A stretch of 64,000 nt of DNA. It comes from Alphaproteobacteria bacterium. GTDB taxonomy: Bacteria > Pseudomonadota > Alphaproteobacteria > Micavibrionales > UBA2020. Below are positions 19,001 through 25,739 of this stretch, in pieces. The notes under the pieces were generated by a model. It was not told the DNA's origin. It searched no databases and was given only the letters and a program-made list of their open reading frames with translations. The stretch is from NCBI GenBank assembly GCA_025934695.1, contig JAICWS010000004.1:193496-257495 (forward strand), in the 5' to 3' direction. The position numbers were made by a program, and so were the translations under genes. Every line of letters begins with the position of its first letter. The first letter of the stretch is position 1.

Positions 19001-19033
19001 ATATTTGACATAATAAATAGGGATTTGATATGG
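19001..19033 (+). promoter_or_regulatory. Promoter-like ATATTTGACATAAT box with a weak -10 (ATATGG)
   Basis: -35 at 19005-19010. Divergent from the 18921-18953 promoter and upstream of 19101-19421. Confidence 0.35.
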
Positions 19034-19100
19034 TCTAAGCCAGCAGGGCAACGACCCTGCCTATGTGAAAACAATCAACGGCAGTTAAGAGAAAAAAATC

Positions 19101-19421
19101 ATGGCTGAGTCCACCCCCGACGAGAGCAAGAAACAACCCCTGTTTGAAATTTTCCGCGCCGCGGTCTGGGCGCCGCTGATCGGCGACAAGGAAGTAAAAG
19201 ACGCGGTCGAGGCCGGCAAGAAAGCCGGCGTGACCGAAGCCGAAATGGAAACGGTCCTGGGCTGGGATGCGAAACAGTGCAAAGCCTATTTCGGCGACGC
19301 CGCCTTCGACAACCGCGACTTCATCAATGCGATGAAGGCCAGCGATGCCGTCAGCAGCGTCAGCTTCGGCGGCTGGGGCGCCCCCGGTCCGATCTTCAAG
19401 AAGGGCGGCTTCTACTCGTAA
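19101..19421 (+). CDS. Hypothetical protein (106 aa)
   Basis: ORF followed directly by a rho-independent terminator. No recognisable domain. Confidence 0.55.
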   Translation: MAESTPDESKKQPLFEIFRAAVWAPLIGDKEVKDAVEAGKKAGVTEAEMETVLGWDAKQCKAYFGDAAFDNRDFINAMKASDAVSSVSFGGWGAPGPIFKKGGFYS

Positions 19422-19442
19422 ATTTTCCACGGAGATGAACGA

Positions 19443-19477
19443 CAGCCCCGCTTGAAAGAGCGGGGCTGTTTGTTTTT
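19443..19477 (+). terminator. Rho-independent terminator
   Basis: CAGCCCCGCT-TGAAA-GAGCGGGGCTG stem-loop followed by TTTGTTTTT. Confidence 0.8.
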
Positions 19478-20322
19478 CAGGCGTTGACGGTCCAGAGGGT
19501 CTCGGCTTTTTTGCACGACATATGCGGCCCGCGCACGAGGAGGATGTCGCATTCGAGCGCGCCGCCGAAGGCAGGGACGAGATATCCCTGCGACAGGTCG
19601 TCCTCGACCATGCTTTCCTGCAGGACGGCGGTGCCGAAACCCGCCAGCGCCATTTCCTTGAGCAACCCGGTCGAGGCGCTTTCGAAGACGATCTTGCCGC
19701 TTTGCAGCCGCTTGCCCAGGATCTTATCGGCGCAGCCGCTCATGTAGGAGCCGCGTTCGTGCATGAGCAGATGGTCCTTGTCCCTGGCGTGCCGCCCGCA
19801 GACGGGCAGCAGGCGGTCGCGCCCGATGGCGCGGGACTGAAGTCCGTCGAGGTTGAAACAGCTTGGCACCTTGCGCCCTTGCAGAATCAGCGCGAAATCG
19901 GCCAGGCCCTTGCGCAGGTCCTCGACCGAGGCCGAGCCGCTCTGGTGCGAGAGCCTCATCGTCAGCCCCGGCACCGCCTTCTGCATCGCCTTATACCATT
20001 CGGGGAAGAAGGTCTTGGACAGGAACGAGGGCGTGACGAGGTAAACCGGCTCATGCAGGCGCGTCATCGTGCTCTGTGCGTCCGCCACCGCATTGTCGGC
20101 CATGTCGACCAGGCTCTGCGCATGCTTGAGGAACCGCTGGCCGGACAGCGTCAGCCTGAAGGCCTTCGCCTTGCGGTCGATCAACTCCGCTCCCACCGCC
20201 GCTTCCAGCGACTTGATCCGCCGCGAGAAGGCCGGCTGCGTGATGTTCCGCAACTGCGCCGCCTTCGAAAACGACTTGCAGTCGGCGAGCGTGACGAGGT
20301 CTTTGAGGCTTTCGATGTCCAT
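19477..20322 (-). CDS. LysR family transcriptional regulator
   Basis: 281 aa. N-terminal wHTH 'FSKAAQLRNITQPAFSRRIKSLE' plus a LysR substrate-binding domain. Confidence 0.9.
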   Translation of the reverse strand: MDIESLKDLVTLADCKSFSKAAQLRNITQPAFSRRIKSLEAAVGAELIDRKAKAFRLTLSGQRFLKHAQSLVDMADNAVADAQSTMTRLHEPVYLVTPSFLSKTFFPEWYKAMQKAVPGLTMRLSHQSGSASVEDLRKGLADFALILQGRKVPSCFNLDGLQSRAIGRDRLLPVCGRHARDKDHLLMHERGSYMSGCADKILGKRLQSGKIVFESASTGLLKEMALAGFGTAVLQESMVEDDLSQGYLVPAFGGALECDILLVRGPHMSCKKAETLWTVNA

Positions 20323-20401
20323 GACAGCAGTTTAAGGACGCGCGGGGCGAAATCAACTCATTCGTCCTCTCCCCCCGGGCGGGGAGAGGATTCTGGTGGG
20401 G

Positions 20402-21037
20402 TCACGGCCCCGGCTTCAGCTTGAGCTTGAGCGCCCTTCTCACCGTCCCGGCATCCACGAACTGCACGCCGTTCCAGCCGACCGCGCGGCTGGCCATGGC
20501 CACATTCTCGACCTTGTCGTCGAAGAAATACACCTGAGACGGCTCGGGATTGCCGAACTCTTCCTGCGCCAGCGTGAAGATTTTCGCATCCGGCTTTTTC
20601 AGGTGCACTTTGCCTGAAACCACGACCTTGTTGAACTGGCCGAGAATGTCGGGAAAAGCGCCCGGCAGCTTGTCGTAGGTATCGCCCGCCCAGTTGGTGA
20701 GGCCCACGATGCGGTCGCCGTTCGCCTTGATCTCTTCCAGTGCCTCTTTCATGCCGGGCACGACATTGCGCACCTGCTTGAGGTAATCGCGGTCGGCGCC
20801 GAAGGCCCGGATATCGTCCTCCCACGCGGGGTGCTGCTTCACTTTCTGCTCGATCATGTCCTTCAGGTCCCCCGCGTGCGAGGCGGAGCGGTCCTTTTCG
20901 GTGAAGATGTTATTGAGGAAATATTGCAGTTCCTCTTCCCCGCGGCCCGTCTGCTCAAAACGCTCGCGGTAAAAATCCTCCGCCGATGTATCGAAAAGAA
21001 CGCCGCCGAAGTCGAATACGATGGTTCTGCCTGTCAT
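20402..21037 (-). CDS. HAD family hydrolase
   Basis: 211 aa. Motif I 'IVFDFGGVLFD' and motif IV 'FFDD'. Confidence 0.85.
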   Translation of the reverse strand: MTGRTIVFDFGGVLFDTSAEDFYRERFEQTGRGEEELQYFLNNIFTEKDRSASHAGDLKDMIEQKVKQHPAWEDDIRAFGADRDYLKQVRNVVPGMKEALEEIKANGDRIVGLTNWAGDTYDKLPGAFPDILGQFNKVVVSGKVHLKKPDAKIFTLAQEEFGNPEPSQVYFFDDKVENVAMASRAVGWNGVQFVDAGTVRRALKLKLKPGP

Positions 21038-21172
21038 GATGCTTCTCCTTTTGTTGTCGTCATGAGAAAAGCATGCATCGGCGGCGCAAAACCGTCTAAT
21101 GCCGTTTTGTTATGGCTTATGCAGGAATGTAAGCCTGTTGCGCATGAGCTCATCCCGCATTACCTTTACCCC

Positions 21173-21874
21173 ATGACCGATAAAAAGAAGCCCGGTAACC
21201 CCCGCAACCCGAAGCGCCTCCAGAAAAAGGTGCATGTGAAGACGCGCGCCAAGCGCACGGTGTCGTCCGCGCGCTGGCTGGAGCGGCAGCTGAACGACCC
21301 TTATGTGGCCGAGGCGAAGGCGCAGGGCTATCACAGCCGCGCGGCTTTCAAGCTTTTGCAGATGGATGAGGAGTTGGAGCTGTTCCGCCCCGGCATGAAA
21401 GTGATCGATCTGGGCGCGGCGCCCGGCGGCTGGACGCAAGTGGTGTGCGAGATCGTGAAGCCGGGCGCAAACGGTGGCAAAGTGGTTGCCATCGATTATC
21501 TTGATCTCAAGCCCGTGGCCGCCGCCGTCTTCATCAAGATGGACTTTATGGATAACGATGCGCCGCAGAAGCTCAAGGACGCGATCGGCGGCAAGGCCCA
21601 TGTCGTCATGAGCGATATGGCGCCGCCCACAACAGGCCACCGCGAAACCGACCATATCCGCATCATGGGGCTGGCCGAGGCGGCCTATGAATTCGCGAAG
21701 GAAATTTTGCTGCCCGGCGGCACCTTCCTGTGCAAGGTTTTCCAGGGCGGGGCGGAGCGCGATTTACTTAACGCGCTCAAGAAAGATTTCGCCAAGGTCA
21801 AGCACGTCAAACCCCCCGCCAGCCGCGCGGATTCCTCGGAAATGTATGTTGTGGCGCTGGGGTTTAGGGGATAA
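21173..21874 (+). CDS. rlmE: 23S rRNA (uridine2552-2'-O)-methyltransferase RlmE/FtsJ
   Basis: 'SSARWLERQLNDPYV..A..GY.SRAAFKL', 'DLGAAPGGW', 'VMSDMAPPTTG'. The ORF-track start at 20831 is an antisense-overlap artefact. Confidence 0.9.
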   Translation: MTDKKKPGNPRNPKRLQKKVHVKTRAKRTVSSARWLERQLNDPYVAEAKAQGYHSRAAFKLLQMDEELELFRPGMKVIDLGAAPGGWTQVVCEIVKPGANGGKVVAIDYLDLKPVAAAVFIKMDFMDNDAPQKLKDAIGGKAHVVMSDMAPPTTGHRETDHIRIMGLAEAAYEFAKEILLPGGTFLCKVFQGGAERDLLNALKKDFAKVKHVKPPASRADSSEMYVVALGFRG

Positions 21875-21893
21875 AATCTTATCTCAACTGGTG

Positions 21894-21959
21894 TCATTCC
21901 CGCGCAGGCGGGAATCCCGTCGAATTGGGGACGGATGCCCGCTGTCGTAGGGGCATGAC
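21894..21959. repeat. REP-type inverted repeat (GTCATTCCCGCGCAGGCGGGAAT / GGGCATGAC)
   Basis: Two hairpin-containing units in inverted orientation between rlmE and the guaB-like gene. Confidence 0.6.
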
Positions 21960-21992
21960 GCTGAAGGGGACAAGGGGTCAGAGGGGAATCAT

Positions 21993-23375
21993 ATGAAAAG
22001 AAACGCCGCCATTCGCGAAGCGCTGAACTTCGACGACGTGCTGCTGCTGCCGGGCGAGACCGCGGTCAAGCCGGGCGATGTCGTGACCAGGACGCGCCTG
22101 ACGCGCTCGATCGAGATCAATATCCCGCTCGTCTCCGCCGGCTCCGATAACGTGACTGAAAGCGCGATGGCCATCGCCCTTGCCCAGATGGGCGGCCTTG
22201 GCATCATCCATGACAACATGCCGCTCGGCAAACAGGTCGAGGAAGTGCGCCGCGTCAAGCGCGCCGAGGGCGACATGGTCCAGAACCCCATTACCGTCGC
22301 GCCGGATTCCAGCGTGGCCGAGGCGCTCGACCTCATGACGACCTACAAGGTTTCGGGCCTGCCGGTGATCGAACAGCCGTCGCAGAAGGTGGTCGGCATC
22401 ATCACCCATCGCGACCTGCGCTTCTTCGAGGATTTCGCCAAGCCGGTGAGCGAGCTGATGAGCAAGGAAGTCATCAGCGTCAGGGGTAAGGTCGAGAAGG
22501 CCATGGCCCGCCAGCTGCTGCACCAGCACCGCATCGAAAAGCTGGTCGTGGTCGATGAACAGGGGCGCTGCACCGGCCTCATCACCGTCAAGGATATCGA
22601 GAAAATGTCGCGCTACCCGAATGCGGCGCGCGACGGGCAGGGGCGCCTGCGCGTGGGCGCGGCGGTGACGCTGGGCAAGGACGCGCTTGACCGCGCGGCC
22701 GCCATGACGGACGCGGGACTTGATGTTGTTTTCGTCGACGTGGCGCATGGCCATACCAAGGAAGCGGTCGGCACTGTCAGCATCATCCGCCAGCAGCGTT
22801 CCAATGACGTGCAGGTGGTGGCGGGCAATGTCGCGACCGCCGATGCCGCGCGCAGCCTCATCGACGCGGGCGCGGATGCGATCAAGGTCGGCGTGGGCAG
22901 CCTGCCGGGCGCTGCCAGCCGCAGCTTCGCGGGCGTGGGCGTGCCGCAACTCTCCGCCATTCTCAACGTGTTTGAACAGTGCGACATGTCGGGCGTGCCC
23001 GTGATCGTGGACGGCGGCGTGACCAGCGCGGCCTCGTTTGCCAAAGCCATCGGCGCGGGCGCGGAAGCCGTCATCATCGACAGCCTGTTCGCCGGAACCG
23101 ACGAAGCGCCGGGCGAGATCATTTACCAGGATGGTCAGGCCTACAAGGTCGTAAACCCGGCCGCGAAGGCGCAGCACCGCCCGCTGACCACGACGCAGGT
23201 TCGCGACCCGTTCAAGCTCGACGAAGACCCGATCGACACCTCGGTGCATTACCGCGGCTCGGTCGTGCATATGGTCAACCAGCTGGTCTCGGGCCTGAAG
23301 ACCGGCATGGCCTATACCGGTGCGCGCACCATCAAGGAAATGCGCGACAAGGCCGAATTCGTGAAAACAAAGTAA
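21993..23375 (+). CDS. guaB: IMP dehydrogenase homolog (CBS pair retained, catalytic loop apparently degenerate)
   Basis: 460 aa. Clear IMPDH scaffold ('LNFDDVLLLPG', 'GLGIIH', CBS region, 'GRLRVGAAV', 'VAGNVAT'). Has 'GVGSLPGAASR' where IMPDH has '[11 protein letters not shown]'. Confidence 0.85.
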   Translation: MKRNAAIREALNFDDVLLLPGETAVKPGDVVTRTRLTRSIEINIPLVSAGSDNVTESAMAIALAQMGGLGIIHDNMPLGKQVEEVRRVKRAEGDMVQNPITVAPDSSVAEALDLMTTYKVSGLPVIEQPSQKVVGIITHRDLRFFEDFAKPVSELMSKEVISVRGKVEKAMARQLLHQHRIEKLVVVDEQGRCTGLITVKDIEKMSRYPNAARDGQGRLRVGAAVTLGKDALDRAAAMTDAGLDVVFVDVAHGHTKEAVGTVSIIRQQRSNDVQVVAGNVATADAARSLIDAGADAIKVGVGSLPGAASRSFAGVGVPQLSAILNVFEQCDMSGVPVIVDGGVTSAASFAKAIGAGAEAVIIDSLFAGTDEAPGEIIYQDGQAYKVVNPAAKAQHRPLTTTQVRDPFKLDEDPIDTSVHYRGSVVHMVNQLVSGLKTGMAYTGARTIKEMRDKAEFVKTK

Positions 23376-23396
23376 CCTCAGTGCGGATGGACTGAC

Positions 23397-24692
23397 ATGA
23401 CGCCATCCTCAAGGATACAGGCGGTGATCGAACTGCTGGACGAGATCATCGCCACGCCGCGGCCGGCGGATACGCTGGTGAGCGCCTATTTCCGCGCCCG
23501 CCGTTTCATCGGCTCGAAAGACCGCGCGGCGATCAACGGCCTGCTGTTCCGCGCGATGCGCGAATATCATCGCCTGAGTTGGTGGATTAACAGGGCGGGG
23601 GCCGAAGTGAACGGCCGCAGCCTTGCCATCGCCGCGCTGATCTTCGCGAAAGAGCTGGAGGCGGGCGAAGTCCGCGACAGTTTTTCCGGCGGAAAGTATG
23701 CGCCCGCGCAGTTGACCCGCGAAGAGCGCAAGCTAGTTGAAATGATTGATGGAAAAGAGCTGGTTTCCCCCGACATGCCACAGCGCGAGCGCACGGAATG
23801 CCCCGAATGGGCCTATCCGCTGCTGCGCCAGTCGCTCAATGGCGATTTCGACAAAGAGATGGATGCCATGATGCATCCGGCGCCGCTCGACCTGCGCGTC
23901 AACGCGATCAAGGCAGAGCGCGATGAGGTCTTGGAAGAACTCAAGAATGACGGCTTCGATGCGCATCCGGGCGAACTGTCGCCGCTCTCCATCCGCCTCT
24001 TCGGACGACCGCAGATCGCGCAGCATCCGCTGTTCAAAGAGGGGATGTTCGAGATCCAGGACGAAGGCTCGCAGCTGGTCGCACTGGTCGCGGACGCGAA
24101 GCCCGGGGAACAGGTGGTGGATTTCTGCGCGGGCGCGGGCGGCAAGACCTTGGCGCTTGGCGCCGCCATGAACAACAAGGGCCGCATCGTGGCCATGGAC
24201 GTCCTTGGCGGCCGCCTGTTACGCGCAAAGGAACGTTTCCGCCGCGCGGGGCTTCACAACATCGAAACGCGCGAACTGTCATCCGAGCGCGACAAATTCG
24301 TGAAGCGCCACCTTGGCCATTTCGACCTCGTCCTCGTTGACGCGCCCTGCTCGGGCACCGGCACCTGGCGGCGCGATCCGGACAAGCGCTGGCGGCAGCT
24401 GGGCCCGGGCATTTCGGCGCTGGTGCCGCTGCAGAAGGATATCCTCGAAAGCGCCTGCCGCATGGTGAAGCCGGGCGGGCGGCTCGTCTACGCGACATGC
24501 TCGCTGCTGCCCGAAGAGAACGAGATGCAGGTGGAAAATTTTCTGAATGCGCATAAGGATTTTGCGGTGAAGCCGGCGAAGGAGATCGTCGATGTCCCGG
24601 GCGCGGGCGATTTCCTCAAAGTCACGCCGGCGCAACACGGCACCGACGGATTTTTCGCGGCAGTGCTGGTGCGCAAGGAAGGGACGGCATGA
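23397..24692 (+). CDS. RsmB/NOP family class I SAM-dependent RNA methyltransferase
   Basis: 431 aa. 'DFCAGAGGK', 'VDAPCSGTGTWRRDPD', 'LVYATCSL'. Confidence 0.85.
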   Translation: MTPSSRIQAVIELLDEIIATPRPADTLVSAYFRARRFIGSKDRAAINGLLFRAMREYHRLSWWINRAGAEVNGRSLAIAALIFAKELEAGEVRDSFSGGKYAPAQLTREERKLVEMIDGKELVSPDMPQRERTECPEWAYPLLRQSLNGDFDKEMDAMMHPAPLDLRVNAIKAERDEVLEELKNDGFDAHPGELSPLSIRLFGRPQIAQHPLFKEGMFEIQDEGSQLVALVADAKPGEQVVDFCAGAGGKTLALGAAMNNKGRIVAMDVLGGRLLRAKERFRRAGLHNIETRELSSERDKFVKRHLGHFDLVLVDAPCSGTGTWRRDPDKRWRQLGPGISALVPLQKDILESACRMVKPGGRLVYATCSLLPEENEMQVENFLNAHKDFAVKPAKEIVDVPGAGDFLKVTPAQHGTDGFFAAVLVRKEGTA

Positions 24693-25552
24693 CCGACGAT
24701 AATCTTTCCAGGGCCGAACATCTGGCCGGAAAACTGCCGGGCCTGCTGCTCGAGGCCGACAAGGTCGCGCATACTTTCATGAAAGGCCTGCACGGCCGCC
24801 GCCGCGTGGGGCAGGGCGAGGCCTTCTGGCAGTTTCGCCAGTACCAGCCGGGCGATCAGCGCCGCGATATCGACTGGCGCCAGAGCGCCAAGCGCGACGA
24901 AACCTTCATCCGCCAGACGGAATGGGAAGCCTCGCAGACCGTGTGGCTCTACCGCGACGCGTCGGATTCGATGAACTATCGCGGCTATAAAAACCTGCCG
25001 ACAAAAAAAGATTACGCCGAAATCCTGCTGCTGGCGCTGGGTATCGTCATCCTGAACGGCGGGGAGCAGGTAAGCTTGCTGGGAACCAACCTTGCGCCGC
25101 AGACGACGTACAATGCCATCCAGCGTCTGTATGAGACCTTGCCCGTGCAGACGCATCTGACGCAGACCGGGCGCCCGGTCGCCGCGCGGTCGGAGGTTGT
25201 GCTGTTCAGCGATTTCTTCTTTCCGATCGAGCAACTCACCACCTATTGCGAGGCGCTGGCGCTGCGCAACGTGAAGGGCTATCTCGTCCAGGTGCATTGC
25301 CCGTCCGAAAAGACGCTGCCCTTCAAGGGCCGCATGAAATTCTACGACATCGAGAATATGGGTGCCGAGCCCGTCATTCTGCCGCAGGTCGAAGCCGTGC
25401 GCGAACAATACGAGCAGAAATTCATCTCACACCAGGAAGCCTTGCGCGCCGCCGCCCAATCCTGGGGCTGGCGCTTCACCTCCGCCGACACCTCCCAGCG
25501 GCCGGAAGATGTGCTGGGGCGGCTGTATAATGATCTGGCGGTGAAGAAATGA
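24689..25552 (+). CDS. DUF58 domain protein (MoxR/BatA-type operon member)
   Basis: 287 aa. 'FWQFRQYQPGDQRRDIDWRQSAK' is the DUF58 signature. ATGA overlap with the upstream gene. Confidence 0.8.
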   Translation: MTDDNLSRAEHLAGKLPGLLLEADKVAHTFMKGLHGRRRVGQGEAFWQFRQYQPGDQRRDIDWRQSAKRDETFIRQTEWEASQTVWLYRDASDSMNYRGYKNLPTKKDYAEILLLALGIVILNGGEQVSLLGTNLAPQTTYNAIQRLYETLPVQTHLTQTGRPVAARSEVVLFSDFFFPIEQLTTYCEALALRNVKGYLVQVHCPSEKTLPFKGRMKFYDIENMGAEPVILPQVEAVREQYEQKFISHQEALRAAAQSWGWRFTSADTSQRPEDVLGRLYNDLAVKK

Positions 25553-25572
25553 TGGAGAGGGTTTTTCTGGTT

Positions 25573-25721
25573 GCAAGTACCCTCATCCTAGCCTTCTCCC
25601 AGGGGGAGAAGGGACTAACGGCGCGCTTCGCGCAAGAATTTAAATTATTAATTACTTTCGCGTCAGCGAAAGTCCTCAGTCCCCTCTCCCTTTGGGAGAG
25701 GGTTAGGGTGAGGGTACTTGC
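25573..25721. repeat. MITE/REP-like element family A, inverted copy
   Basis: Reverse complement of the 8315-8455 element. Lies between DUF58 and the next operon gene. Confidence 0.8.
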
Positions 25722-25739
25722 CACAGGAGCGGTCGTATA

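Noticed and set aside
13900-19430. Calling the AT-richer islets (13.9-19.4 kb, 39.1-48.7 kb, 62.4-64 kb) genomic islands, prophage or ICE.
   Set aside because: No integrase, transposase, tRNA target, phage structural or conjugation gene is visible in the window. Only composition and gene content suggest foreign origin, so I did not annotate any mobile_element feature.
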